Assembly: GCA_951406725.2 (NCBI GenBank)
Contig: OX597821.1
Location: 96,162,001-96,226,000, forward strand
Origin: Octopus vulgaris
Lineage: Eukaryota
Direction of reading: 5' to 3'
DNA length: 64,000 bases
The notes under the pieces were generated by a model. The model ran no database searches, had not been told where the DNA came from, and saw only the letters and a list, made by a program, of their open reading frames with translations. Positions 1 through 13,119 of the stretch are shown here, one piece after another (the stretch's first letter is position 1; each line of letters starts with the position of its first letter). A program made the translations under genes and the position numbers.

Positions 1-9
1 CATTCATCC

Positions 10-307
10 ATGTTTGTATGTATGTATGCATGTGTGTATGTATGCATGTATGTATGTATGTATGTATGTATGTATGTATGTATGTATGTATGTATGTGTG
101 CGTGCGTATGTATGTATGTATGTATGTATGTATGTATGTATGTATGTATGTATGTATGTATGTATGTGTGTGTACCTGTGTGTGTGCTTCTGTCTGCGTC
201 TGTGCTTCTATTCATGTACACACACACACACACGCACACACATATATACAAAGCAATCGATCCATCTCTATATACCATATGTGTACGTACATATGTATAT
301 ATATACA

Positions 308-343
<36 letters not shown>

Positions 344-457
344 TGTATGTATGTATGTATGTATGTATGTATGTATGTATGTATGTATGTATGCATGTAT
401 GTATAAAGCAATCGATCCATCTCTATATACCATATGTGTACGTACCTATGTATATCC

Positions 458-502
<45 letters not shown>
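10..502. repeat. Compound microsatellite (TATG)n/(CA)n/(TA)n
   Basis: Directly visible; explains the YVCM-type ORFs. Confidence 0.97.
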
Positions 503-505
<3 letters not shown>

Positions 506-1381
506 CTTAATTCAAAATAGCTGTATTTCAATCAATTATCTTTCGTAAAATATAAATAATATAAATGTTGTATTTCTAATAGATTATGTTTTCGATTTCT
601 TTACATCGTTTATCAATCAATTTTCTAAGAAATAATGTAAATTTTATGTCTTCAATTTCTTTATAAACACCGACGAAAGTAGAATGATATAATAGATAAA
701 CTAATATGAAAGCAGCCGACGATCAATTTCACTAAAGCGCATGCGTTAAGTGATTGACGATTTAAAATAGTTCAATAAAAAAAAAACCCCTCAAAACAAC
801 AACACTCTTCACTGTTCTTAAAACCATCACCACCACTTTCATTTACCACTATTCCCATCGATGATACTACGATAGCGACGTCGACGACGACATGATGTCT
901 ACGACGACATGACGTTGACTTCGACGGCGGCGGCGGCGGCAAGGACAACGAAGATGACAAGGACAACGACGACGATAACGATGACGACATTAACCACCAG
1001 CACTAGCACCACCACCACCACCACCACCACTACCAATTTAACAGCGACAACAGTTCTCTGTCTATCATACGCGCGTGTGTGTATTCGTGTATCATTTTAT
1101 ATGTGCGCAAATTTGGGTCGTTGAAATAAGTACCAGTTGAAGACGGGCTGATGCAATAGACTCAACATCTCCCCACCAAAAATTGCTGCCCTTGTGGCAA
1201 ACTTTGAAACCATTATATGCGCGCAAATGCTCTTGTCTTTCTTCTATATCTCGAGTTACCATGTCCCCTCCGGTAAACACGCTTTCTTCTCTATCTCTTT
1301 CTTCTCACTCTCTCTCCCTTTCTTTCTTCTCTCCTCAGCTAACCACTTCACAGCGTAATGTAAACAGGCACATTAGTAGAT

Positions 1382-1541
1382 TTGAGTTCAAATTCCGCCG
1401 AGGTCGACTTCGCCTTTCATCCTTTCGGGGTCGATAAATTAAGTACCAGTTACGCACTGGGGTCGATGTAATCGACTTAATCCGTTTGTCTGTCCTTGTT
1501 TGTCCTCTCTGTGTTTAACCCCTTATGGGTATTAAAGAAAC
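1382..1541 (+). mobile_element. tRNA-derived SINE family A, 5'-truncated
   Basis: TGAGTTCAAATTCCGCC (B-box-like) followed by GCCTTTCATCCTTTCGGGGTCGATAAATTAAGTACCAG; about 20 copies in the window. Confidence 0.85.
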
Positions 1542-1639
1542 AAATATTGTATATCATTATCCATTCAGAATAAAAACTAAGGGGTATCGTGTTTTATGGT
1601 TGTACGGCTAACATATCTCGCATAACGTTATTATACAGG

Positions 1640-2640
1640 TTAACGTGACGTTAGATGATGTAGAAACTAACGTATGACGTCACTATAAATATGTGATGCT
1701 CACCAATCTGAAAAAACAATACGTGATGTCACATGATGCAGACGTCACATCCCTTGTAACATGTTACAAGAGATGTGACGTCAGGTGAAAGAGACTAATT
1801 AAGCTGAAATTATATTGAGATAAACATGTGAGGTCGGATGATGGAGAGTTTAATATATTATGTGAGAGAAGTTAAACGGATGTGACGTAGCACGAGGAAG
1901 AGTTTTAACACATAGCAACAGATAAAGTAATGATTAATTAATAGGTGGTATCACGTCAGATGATTAGCGTTTATCATATGATGTTAGATTATAGAAAGGT
2001 TGACATTTGAGTTCAGATGATGTGAAGTTCAACATGTGATGCAATGCATGATGTAAAGATTAACATGTTATGTACATGAATATATATATATATAATAACA
2101 TGAATATATAAGTTAACATGTAAGATATAGAAAAAAACCTAGAACGTTAAATATGACATGGAAGCACTCCGTCGGTTACGACGATGAGGTTTCCGGTTGA
2201 TCCGAATCAGCGGAACAGCCTGCTCGTGAAATTAACGTGTATGTGGCTGAGCACTCCACAGACACGTGCACCCTTAACGTAGTTCTCGGGGATATTCAGC
2301 GTGACACAGAGAGTGACAAGGCCGACCCTTTGAAATACAAGTACAACAGAAACAGGAAGTAAGAGTGAGAGAAAGTTGTGGTGAAAGAGTACAGCAGGGA
2401 TCACCACCATCCCCTGCCGGAGCCTCGTGGAGCTTCTTAGGTGTTTTCGCTCAATAAACACTCACAACGCCCGGTCTGGGAATCGAAACCGCGATCCTAC
2501 AACCGCGAGTCCGCTGCCCCAACCACTGGGCCATTGCGCCTCCACAAATATGGCATAATATGACGTGGCGTTTAGCAGATCATGCTAAATAATACAGAGA
2601 TAAATAAGTAACTGTAGATGACGTGGAAATTCGCATGCTG
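1640..2640 (+). repeat. Degenerate ~29-bp minisatellite (consensus ~ATGTGACGTCAGATGATGTGAAGATTAAC), interrupted by a SINE
   Basis: Recurrent ATGTGAcGT..GATGA..TTAAC units at 1640-2160 and 2546-2640. Confidence 0.65.
2160..2545 (-). mobile_element. tRNA-derived SINE family B, full length
   Basis: Reverse complement of the 41430-41820 copy; TSD AAATATG(A/G)CAT at 2149-2159 and 2546-2556. Confidence 0.9.
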
Positions 2641-2954
2641 TGATATGAAACCTGGTGTATATACTCAACAACTTATATTGCACAGAAAAATTCTCTCTTC
2701 CTCTTGCTGTCTCTCTTTCTATTTTTCTCCGTGTTTATCCGCACTTTACAATACTGACTGCTTAGTTTTCATGCTGAATCCGATACTGTGTCCAAACGAT
2801 TAGGTTTGTGATGTTCTGTACATAACTAGTTATGAAAGAGATATTGAATATCACACGTAACTGCCAGTACTATGTTAGTGTCTTAGTTATGACTGTGCGT
2901 CTATTATGGCTAAGAACAGCAGATATCAAAAAGATATTACGAGGAGATTCTGGT

Positions 2955-3718
2955 GTGAAGATGAAGCTGAATAGCATATGGAAAAGCAAATCCATGGGTT
3001 ATCTAACGAGACTCAAAGTGTACAAGTCTCTGGTGACTTCCACCCTTCTGTATAGATGTGAGAGGTGTACTCTCATAGCTGACACGGAGCGAAGAAACCA
3101 CGCATTTGAGCACATGTGCTTCAGAACGCTACTATACATCCCATACACATAACACAAAAAGAACGGCTTTGCCCCAGGCAGCAAATCAACAAATATGCTA
3201 GCCCATAGAAACCACTCCTTTGCGCAGGTAACAAGACAAAAGGCGGCGAGCTGGCAGAATCGTTAGCACGCCGGGCGAAATGCTTAGCTGTATTTCGTCT
3301 GCCGTTACGCTGTGAGTTCAAATTCCGCCAAGGTCGACTTTGCCTTTTATCCTTTCGAGGTCGATAAATTAAGTACCAGTTACGCACTGGGGTCGATATA
3401 ATCGACTTAATACCTATGTCTGTCCTTGTTTCACTCCTCTATGTTTAGCTCCTTGTGGGTAATAAAGAAATAGGTAACAAGACGAAAGCTTGCCTTATAA
3501 GGCCACGCATCTCACCACAGCATCTAATCCCAAACCATTCTCCAAAGTACAGCTGAAAAAGGGCAAAAGAGAGGCAGAGAGAATATTAAGGACTGGACAG
3601 GTCACAACACCGTTACACTGTTGCGCAGGACAGAGAGCAGCGGCCAGCGGCGACGGCTGACAGCAAAAGGCTCTAGGGTGGAACCCACCCGACTGACTAA
3701 ATCATGTAAGGGAACTTA

Positions 3719-3761
<43 letters not shown>

Positions 3762-3770
3762 GGATGACTA
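2955..3770 (+). mobile_element. RTE-clade LINE 3' fragment with (GAT)n tail, split by a SINE
   Basis: KLNSIWKSKS..LKVYKSLVTSTLLY.CE.CTL.ADTERR..AFE..CFRTLL, resuming after the SINE as QVTRRKLA..GH...TILQ...NIKDWTG; contains stops; (GAT)n at 3718-3770. Confidence 0.8.
3241..3471 (+). mobile_element. SINE family A, full length, nested in the LINE
   Basis: Head GGCGAGCTGGCAGAATCGTTAGC; 17-bp TSD AGGTAACAAGAC(A/G)AAAG at 3226-3242 and 3472-3488. Confidence 0.92.
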
Positions 3771-3829
3771 TGTCAGTGGGAAGAATGAAGTATGTTCTAT
3801 GAAAATACTCAGCCATTCTCAAATCGAAA

Positions 3830-3975
3830 TTTTACATGTAATGTCATGTGCTAAACTTTCCTTCATCTGACGTTACATGTTAATCTCTCCGTCATCTGAT
3901 ATCACATGTTCATCTCAGTATCATCTAATGTCACATATTGAACTCTCCATGATCTGATGTCAGATAGATATTCAC
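3830..3975 (-). repeat. Inverted copy of the ~29-bp minisatellite
   Basis: Units such as GTTAATCTCTCCGTCATCTGATATCACAT are reverse complements of the 1640-2160 units. Confidence 0.65.
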
Positions 3976-4072
3976 CCCACTATACATTAATAAATATGTG
4001 TTTGTGTGTTTGTGTGTTTGTATGTGTATGCGCGCGTGTGTGTGTGTGCGTGTGTACATGTTCGGGGTATAT

Positions 4073-4870
4073 AATAACTGTCCAGTAGGAGGCCGATGCG
4101 AGGCTGAAGGGGTTCTCTATGAAGCTACAGTGATACTTGGACTTGCTATCCGAATTACCAGTAATGTACCATCCAACAGCAATATTAGCAGATTAACCAG
4201 ATCTCACGCCAGTACAATCGCCACGCCTATAGACAATAACCAGTCCGGGTTTAGCGTCACAGAGGGCGTAACCAATGACTCCAGTACCACCGCTACAAAT
4301 AATGAACAAACCATTATCATAGACACACACAGAGTGACCAGATACACAACGTATATTACCACCCGTACAATCGCCACACCTAGAGATGATGGCCAATCAA
4401 AGACCAGCGACATGGAGAAGATATCCGGCCGTCCCAGTACCGCCACCACAGATGATGACCAAATAATTATCTCTCGACACCGATGGGATGACCGTCCCCG
4501 CACCGTATGTTACCAAGGGTGCGAACATGGCCACGCCCCATGTTTGTAAATATATTGGATCTGCCAGCACATCTTTCAAACGACGTTTTCTTAACCACCA
4601 GTCATCCTTCAGAGTCCCAGAAAGACGGTTTGTCATGTCCCTGGCCCGTCATGTGTGGCACCTCAAAGACCAAGGGAGCCCGTGTGATATCATGTAGAAA
4701 AGAATTGATCATCCAAACCCATATATTAATGGAAGTGGCCGTTGCAAAATCTGCATCACAGAGACAGCCAAAATTCTTAAGGACTATGCGAAAATTGGCG
4801 CGTTAAATAATCGTAAAGAATAGTTTTCTAAATGTGTCCACTTCAAGCGCTACCAACTGGGAAATTAGAT
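4073..4870 (+). mobile_element. Penelope-like element GIY-YIG endonuclease remnant
   Basis: NNCPVGGRC...VLYEATV [insert] YIGSASTSFKRRFLNHQSSF...LARHVWHLKD...RCKICITE...LNNRKE*FSKCVHFKRYQLG; frameshift and stops. Confidence 0.85.
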
Positions 4871-6239
4871 TACCTCGTTTGCTGTTTAGGACTTTTCGGG
4901 TCTATATGGATTGTTTTATCCCCTGTTTCAGGGGAGACAACATGCCCTCATTAAAGTTTTTTGTTTGTTTTGGTAAGCTCTATTTCTCGCTTTCTGAGCG
5001 TTTCCTCACGTAGCGTTTCTCCGACGTAGAAAATTAAAATGTTTGTCTTTGTATAGAGTATAACGAGCTGTCCACAAGGCTTTGGCTTTGTGGGTACACA
5101 ATCTTAGGCAACTCTTTGTCCAAGAAAAAATTTTTTTTGTAAGAATGTTTTCTATAACAATTACTGCTCTATTCTTTAGAGTATGCTTCTTTTCTGATAT
5201 ATGTGTGCGTGTGTATGTGTGTGTATGTGTGTGTGTGTGTGTGTTTGTGTGTGTATGTGTGTTTGTATTTGCACACACACATATTTATCATAAATGTGAA
5301 AAAATTCTTTGGAACAGTGTATCTCGTAGCACACAAATCAGTAAATAATAGCATGCAAATATTCTAACCGAAAGGGTTTATGAACCACTATTTACATGAT
5401 ATTACTTTGTGTGCTGCAAGATCTATTGTTCCAAATATAGATGCTAACATGCCCATATACATATATCAATCACGAATATACAAAGCAGCAACATAACTGA
5501 GAAAAATGGCGGAAGATATTTCTGGAAGATTTGTCTCAAATGATGTCAGCAAATATTAGCTTGAATATGCTCGCACACATCTCTCTCTCGCTCTCTCTCT
5601 CTCTCTCGTCACACAGACACAGACATACACACAAACTTGCGTACGCTCACAAAACTTATATATAAGCGTACAAATGAATCGGTAGAATGGAAATGAAGAG
5701 AAGAGGTTACTATTTCTGGAAGATCACGTCCGGACAAATAAATGAAGATCACAATTACTAAGCTCGAGCTGCTATTGACGACGCTGACTGTTTGCTATTT
5801 GTTCCAGTTATGTGACGCAATTATTCATCGATATCCCACCTGCTTGTTCGGTTGTAATGGAAACACTAACGTTGATAAATATATACTCAAGCTTTTTTAT
5901 AACAGCATCAAACACGTGACTATGTGCCTCATGTTAGCGCTGCGTATATTTTTTTCCTTTCTTTTAAATCCCTTAAAATCTTATGAAGAAGCAGTTTGTT
6001 TCTAAGTAAGAACTAAACTCCATATTCCGGGAAATCCCATTTAAGCAATGGTGAAGAGATAAAATATTGAATGTTAGAAAGGTCTTGAATGTTTTTACTC
6101 TTCCATTTACAATTTCTATTTACAAACTGTCTATTCGTCGATTGCATTCTTTGCTTGGAAAACCAAACTATTTGTTCTTACCAGTTAGACATGTTAGTCA
6201 CATAAACGTGTGAACTAATATTTATAAATTTGTAATACA

Positions 6240-6590
6240 GGCGGAAAAGGTGTATGCTTCGAGGCAGTTGTCTACAGATCAGCTCTATCACGTTCATTTT
6301 TAATAAAACGTTCGCACCTGCCAGGTAATTTTCTTCTCTGATCCAAAGAATTGCGTTGGGCCTCTTACGTTTATATTGTGCAGAGATTTATGTGTGGATA
6401 TTGAAACCAAATGGTTCACAATATAATACAATGCAACATCAAGTGGAGACAGTTGGAAGACCTAACCTCAAAAATAGTAGGAGGTGCATGAAAAGAACCC
6501 CTCCGCTTAGGTTCCTACATGAACATTAAGAGTAAGATGTTTTCCACTTGTCCTCATGAGCGGAAATTTATACATGTTAGTTGGTAGAAT
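6240..6590 (+). mobile_element. Highly degraded PLE GIY-YIG C-terminal remnant
   Basis: Fragments across frames: VCFEAVVY, YVWILK, IKW, NIKSKMFSTCPHERKF..W*. Confidence 0.45.
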
Positions 6591-7124
6591 GTATAAGGGT
6601 TAGCTCCTCCTCCATTAGTGATCCTCTCACCGTAAATGAGGAGTTAATATTCTCCAAACACCAAGTGCTTAAATATAAACCCTTATACCCATACAAGTCT
6701 ATACACGACCATACATGATTCTAAATCCCTCTTCACCTATCTCCCATCTCACTCTTCCAACTTTATCCTATTCCTCCTCTCTCTCTTTATACTCATGTCA
6801 CCCACTCCACCTTATCCTATCCTTCTGTTAACACTGTCAAACACCACATACACCTGGATGGGGGAGGTATTTTGCTGAAATGCTGGTTAAAAAAGATAGA
6901 GAGGAACCAAATGAACACAACTCTGATGGGCCAGACTCGTTCCTTTTGTCCGGTTTATCTGCTTTCTTTGACTGTGTTCCATCACCCATAGCTTTCCATA
7001 GAACAGTCACGGCCTATGATTGCCAATTCATCTGTCCATTCCTGAAAACTTGACAGCTTGAAATCGTTCCGAAATATACGAATACCTGTTCCATTTTTCT
7101 GATCCAGGAAAATTATTGGGCAAC

Positions 7125-7171
<47 letters not shown>

Positions 7172-7174
<3 letters not shown>

Positions 7175-7760
7175 AAATACTATTTGCCAACATAATGTGG
7201 CTGTCCCGAAAGAGCCCATGTCACTGTTCTTTTAGCTCCGAGAAACATCGTTTCTAGCTGTCTATACGTCACACTATCTGTGTTCTTATATTTTCGAACA
7301 GGGAGCTCAGCATTCCCATCAAGCACAAAACAACGTCTGTAGACTAGATTCTGTCCAGTTATTGCTCTTTATCAACGCAGAGGAGATTCTTTGAGAATAG
7401 GATAAAAAAACATTTTACTATTACAAAGCGACCAAAAAGATTTACCTTTGTTATACAGTAGCGAAATAAAGAGAATATTCCATTCCGAATTATATTGTTT
7501 ATTATGATCTTTTAGATACCAGATTAATTTACTAATCCCAGTATTGTTACGTTTATTGATATGCCTAAATGTAGAGTAATGATTAGACATTCTTTTGGAC
7601 AACTCAGATGAACTACCTGCATAAAAAGAGGTGTCAAAACCGGAAGTAATTTTACATTGATAAATAAAGTTTCTAATCTTAGAATTACTGCGATTGGAGT
7701 TGATTTCAGAAACAATAATCCCGGTGTTATAATTATTTAAAGAATGGTTAGTGTTAAAAA
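7172..7760 (-). mobile_element. Penelope-like GIY-YIG remnant with its 3' region, abutting (TA)n
   Basis: FIYQCKITSGFDTSFYAGSSELSKRMSNHYSTF.HINKRN.TGISKLIWYLKD....EWNIL....SLCNS. Confidence 0.8.
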
Positions 7761-7820
7761 AAACAACTTATTATTATGCGAAGAGTTGATTTGTGAAAGA
7801 TGCATGTATATATATGTATG

Positions 7821-7876
<56 letters not shown>

Positions 7877-8142
7877 CGTGAGTGTGTGTGTGTATGTAAT
7901 CCACTTAGGATCAGCATTCTTTACTATGTTTCATTATTTTTGCCTTTAGAAAACAAGTGGAATGCTACCGTATGTGAGTGACACTGCTATCGATACTAAT
8001 GCTGGAAGGACTGCACGAAATGCGGCTCTGATGGAATAATTAACCATTGAATTCCTCGTTAGAAACCAATCGTTATGAATTCGCTCATGTCATTGACCTA
8101 ACAACTCTTCAACTCTTGGATTGTTAGCATGTAATTATAAGT

Positions 8143-8372
<230 letters not shown>

Positions 8373-8570
8373 TTCAGTAGCCTTAATTTCATTGCCTGCT
8401 TTTACTGCATTGCCGAGCGCTGCTCTGTGTGCCTAGAGTTTGTGTTGCGGTTTGTTTCGGTGTTGCCATTTTTACTGCATTGAATGTGCTCTACGTAAGA
8501 TGTGTGAGGTTCTTAGCATTAATATTTTCTTCTTTATTCATAAGCCCTCGGATTTTTGATACTTCTCCTC

Positions 8571-8593
8571 ACCTCCTCCTCCTCCTCCTCCTC

Positions 8594-8634
<41 letters not shown>

Positions 8635-8660
8635 TCTTCTTCTTCTTCTTTTTCTTCTTC
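8571..8660. repeat. Compound (CTC)n(TAC)n(TTC)n microsatellite
   Basis: Directly visible. Confidence 0.95.
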
Positions 8661-8702
8661 ATGCTGGCCTTGTGCCAAAACTTGAAGCAATTATTAGTAT
8701 TA

Positions 8703-8746
8703 TCTTACATATTAAAACTGAAAATGTCTGTGTGTGTGTGCGTGTG

Positions 8747-8794
<48 letters not shown>

Positions 8795-9635
8795 GCGGTA
8801 TGTCCTCGTTTTGCGCTAAAACGGCTTGACTGATTTTTTTAAAACTTCACACACACATTGCTTATATGTTTGAGGCGGTTTTAAGTATAAATTAATTTCG
8901 AAATAATGTTTGGGTAAACACCGGGAGGAATAACATTTGGGCGTGAGTGAACGGTGGGAGTAAACTTTTTAATCTTCCAAGGGAAATAACCCATTCCCTG
9001 CTAGAAATAACCACCAAGCTAAATAACCTATTCATTTTCAGTATGATTATCTCTTAGTATTTGAACTATTTTAGTTATTTTCTCAATTTATCCAATACAA
9101 CGCTTACACAAGTAAATAGTATTCTTCTAAACAATAGATCCACTTATATCGGTTAGTGACTTATTCCCGAATATACCAACACAAGCGCTGCTGAGGGTAA
9201 TATTATCTAGGAACGCACAAAAGCTTTTTTTCACAGTTAATTACTTTGAATTGTTATCTCATACCTGATTAGCCCGTTATTACGTAAGATTTTTCACGAT
9301 TTTAGTATACATAGCTTATTAGTATTTCCTCCTAAAATCTATATACTTTGGGTACGTATTAAAGCCCTTTTCGGGGCTACTTTATTTGAATTCTTACTAT
9401 AGGGTAATTAATTTCATGTTATTACATAACTGACTTCACAATTTGGGTATTCATAACTTATTGGGAATTTCTAAATACATGATCAATTGTAAGAAGTTCG
9501 GTATTCTCAATAAATACACAAAAACCGTTGTAATGGCTACATACTTTGTATTGTTGTTACTGGATTAGCGAAACAGTTATGAGAACGGAACCAAGGGATA
9601 AGTCCGCCTTCCCGGGAATCACAGGGTATTTCAGC

Positions 9636-9638
<3 letters not shown>
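8703..9638 (+). mobile_element. Degenerate non-autonomous Helitron
   Basis: 5' TC..ATTAAAACTGAAAATGTCTGTGTG resembles the 12728 copy; internal AAGGGAAATAAC; 3' CCCGGGAATCACAGGG...GCTAC resembles hairpin+CTAG; a second 3' end CCCGAGCACGGCCGGG...CTAG lies at 9991-10018. Confidence 0.55.
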
Positions 9639-9685
<47 letters not shown>

Positions 9686-9972
9686 TTATTATAGCCTCAG
9701 GCCAACCAAATTCTTGTGAGTGGATTTCATACTCGGAAACTGAAAGAAGACTGTCGTATATATGTGTGTGTGCATGTCTTGTGTTTGAACCCCACCATTA
9801 CTTGACAACTAATGTTGCTGTGTTTACATTCCCGTAACTTAGCGGTTTGGTTAAAGAGACTGACAGAATGAGTATTAGGCTTACAAAGAATATCCTGTGG
9901 TTGATTTCTTCGACCAACAGCGGTGCTCCAGCATGGCCGCAGTCACATGACTGAAACAAGTAAGACAATAAA
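9686..9972 (+). mobile_element. SINE family C, 5'-truncated
   Basis: GGAAACTGAAAGAAG...GCGGTGCTCCAGCATGGCCGCAGTC...TGACTGAAACAAGT. Confidence 0.8.
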
Positions 9973-10017
9973 AATCTTTGCCATTTTAATCCCGAGCACG
10001 GCCGGGTATCTCTGCTA

Positions 10018-10067
<50 letters not shown>

Positions 10068-10099
10068 TATTATTATTATTATTATTATTGTTATTATTA

Positions 10100-10137
<38 letters not shown>

Positions 10138-10155
10138 TTTATTATTATTATTATT

Positions 10156-10712
10156 AAGGTGGTGAGCTGGCTGGATCGTTATCACGCAGGGCAAGATGCT
10201 AAGCGGTATTTCGTCTGCTTTCACGTTTTGAGTTCAAACTCCGCCGAGGTCGACTTTGCCTTTCATCCTTTCGGGGTCGATAAATTAAGTACCAGTTAAA
10301 CACTGGGGTCGATATTATAGACTAGTCCTCTCCGCCAAATTTCAGGCCTTGTACCTATAGTAAAAAGGATTATTATTATTATTATCAAGTTGGTTTGCTG
10401 GCAGAATCGTTAGCACGCCGGACATAATGCATGGCGCATTTTGTCTGTCTTTATGTTCTGGGCTGAAAATCCTCTGAGGTCAACTTTGCCTTTCATCTTT
10501 TCGTGGTTGATAAAATAAGTACCTGTGGAGCCCTGGGGTCGATATAATCAATTAGCCCTCTTCCACTAAGTTTCAGGCCTCGTGTCTATAGTAGAAAAAA
10601 ATTAAATCGGGGTTGATAAAGTAAGTATCAGTTGAACATTGGGGTCGATGTTATCGACTTATCTCTTCCTCCGAAATTGCTGGCCTTGTGCCACAATTTG
10701 AAACCATTATTA
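10156..10712 (+). mobile_element. Three tandem SINE family A copies after a (TTA)n tract
   Basis: Repeated GGGGTCGATAAA..AAGTACC cores at about 10270, 10505 and 10610. Confidence 0.85.
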
Positions 10713-10764
10713 TTATCACCATTAAGATGCTGCTGCTGCTGCTGATGATGATGATAATGATAAT

Positions 10765-11035
10765 TTTTAGTAATCGTTCTTTCGATGCACTTCTAAGTGC
10801 GTCTCGGTACGTTTTGGGTCTGTAATGTTTTGTGATATATTTTTATTGTTTTCTGTATCAGAAAAGCTCTAGGTAATAAGTGTGCAATTCCAAGTGGTGG
10901 TATTTTCACTATGTTAAACGTATGCTATGTCCTGAGGTTTTGGATACTTACTTGCATGCATACCTTATACTCGTTCACAAAGTCCTATTTTTATGGTGTT
11001 TGTTTCAGTTCTAAATCCAGATTAGTGTTACTCTT
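10765..11035 (-). mobile_element. Possible 3' end of an RLE-type (R4/NeSL-like) non-LTR element
   Basis: Minus-strand IVKIPPLGIAHLLPRAF resembles the IQKIALLGTAHILRK terminus. Confidence 0.4.
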
Positions 11036-11199
11036 GATTATGATGGAGTTTAGCGAAACGAATCTTTCTTATTACGAATAGCGTCTGTGTTTTCTGGTCG
11101 TTGAAAGAGTCAAAACCTGTATATCCCAATCGGAGGATAATTTCGTAGTTTTTATTCGTGGAGTTAGTATTGGTTGGGTGAGGTCTCTGAGATCATGTG

Positions 11200-11400
11200 A
11201 CGATAATTCATGGTTGGATAATGTTAAAGAGAAATGACGCCATATGCGTCAGAGAAACTTTTGTCGGACGTGGTGACATGTAAGTTAATAGTGTGTGGAA
11301 GAGAACAGAGGGTCATAACCGAACCCTGGGGCACACCCGAGTTGATGTTTGCATGATGTTAAGATATTTAGATGTTTGTTTCTATGTAAACTCGCTAGTT
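11200..11400 (-). mobile_element. Degraded LINE reverse transcriptase fragment
   Basis: Minus-strand INSGVPQGSV motif at about 11315-11347. Confidence 0.55.
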
Positions 11401-12727
11401 CTGTGTGAATTAGGACATGAAAAATCGTGAACTGTGTCCCTCACATGATCTGTTAACTTCTGTATCACTGATTATGTAGTCGACATATATGGTATCCATA
11501 TTGTAACCAATATACCAATAAACATTTCTATTCAATTTCTAAACGAACAACAAACAGAGAATTTACAACTATGAAATGTTAATAGTATGGTCTATTAGGT
11601 TATTGTGCATCCTTTGAAAATCTAGCATTACTTTTTATGATCAAAGCTATGATATATTTAATAATTTCAGAAATCTCAGTAGTGCTAGAGATAATTTAGA
11701 AATATGAAAAGGTACATAATATGTAATAAATTACAAGTAGACGACAGACTTGATGATTCATTTATCGTTCAGTTGAAGATATTACGAATTCAAATTATCA
11801 TTGGGATAACGTCATCGCCTACTACCTTATCTGTCATTGATTGGTATCGTTATCATCGTTCTATAAGCCGGCAGGCAAGCTGGTAGAATCATTAGCATGC
11901 CAGATAAAATACTTGAGGAGCATTTCTTCGGACACTATGTTCTGAATTCAAATTCTGCCGAAGTCGACTTTACTTTTGCTGCCGATAAAACGAGTATCAG
12001 GTGAGGGCTGGGGTTGATGTAATCAACTAGCCCTTTCTACCTTCTGCCTACAATAGAAACAATTTTGGGGGTTGATAATCAAAATCCTACCACCTGAGTT
12101 AATACCAGCTCCTAGTCCATGGTTGATTTAAAGAAATCTCTATTGCAAGTATCCAGAACAAGATATCGAGAACGGGTTTTTAAGAGGCAACCGACACGCT
12201 TTATACGTCTCAAAATGGCCTAAAATGCAATAGCAAAACCACTTAACCTTGTCATCTCTAATAGATATGGACTCCTATCCCATCGAGGATCCACATATCA
12301 ACGATTACTAACACGTAAACACATCCTATATCCTTAACAGAAATCCCACAGCCTTTATCTATAGTCAATCTCTGTTGTCCGGGTTACATTCAGTACTCAA
12401 ACTTCATACACAAATATAGTGTTGGGCATCAACAACAAAATCCCCAACAAAACTCTTTAAAGTCGTTTGCTTCTTTTCACACTCTCCGATCCCCGACAAC
12501 AATTGTTTCTATATCGAAGGCATGTATTTTAATTCATCCCTCTCATAATTCATTTTCCTCAATGACTTCACACTTACAACTCTCACACTTAGCCATTACA
12601 TATACCAACAGTGTAGAAAGTAAATCTTCTGCAATCTTAAGCTCTCTGCACCAATAAAATTAATCCTCAACATGCATCGATGACCAACATGCATATAATC
12701 CATACAACTTCATGAGTCTTGCATAAA

Positions 12728-13119
12728 TCTATATATATATATAAAGCTGAAATTGTCTGTGTGTGGCAGGTTTGGTAGCCTTCAACTAACACTATCTCCT
12801 CCGAGACCCTACAGGGCAAGTTGACCAAAATTGAGAATATGATAGAAGAAGGCTTGCTCTTCATTCCGTAGAAGATAAAATTCAAATCGGACCATGTTAA
12901 GACCAAAAATTATTTACATAAATAGGTGCTTTTTTTCTATGAAAATCCCTATTCTTTACGATTTTTTGACTGCTGTGTCGCCATTTTTCGGTGTATTTCA
13001 ACCAGAAAATGTTCACTTAAAGAGAATAACAAGCTACATAATGCAAAAGTTTTACTTTTCAAAAATTCTAATTCTAAAGGGTCGAAACAAACCCGAGCAA
13101 CGCCGGACGATACTGCTAG
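12728..13119 (+). mobile_element. Non-autonomous Helitron
   Basis: A|TC 5' start; subterminal hairpin CCCGAGCAACGCCGG; 3' CTAG|T; termini shared with the 45152 and 46356 copies. Confidence 0.85.

Noticed and set aside
10-531. Long ORFs such as MYVCMYVC, and the poly-I/M/Y/N and LSIY ORFs elsewhere
   Set aside because: Translations of microsatellites that are open in several frames; no coding signal
4918-4940. Hairpin TCCCCTG/CAGGGGA downstream of the PLE fragment as hammerhead stem II
   Set aside because: No CTGANGA or GAAA flanks the hairpin
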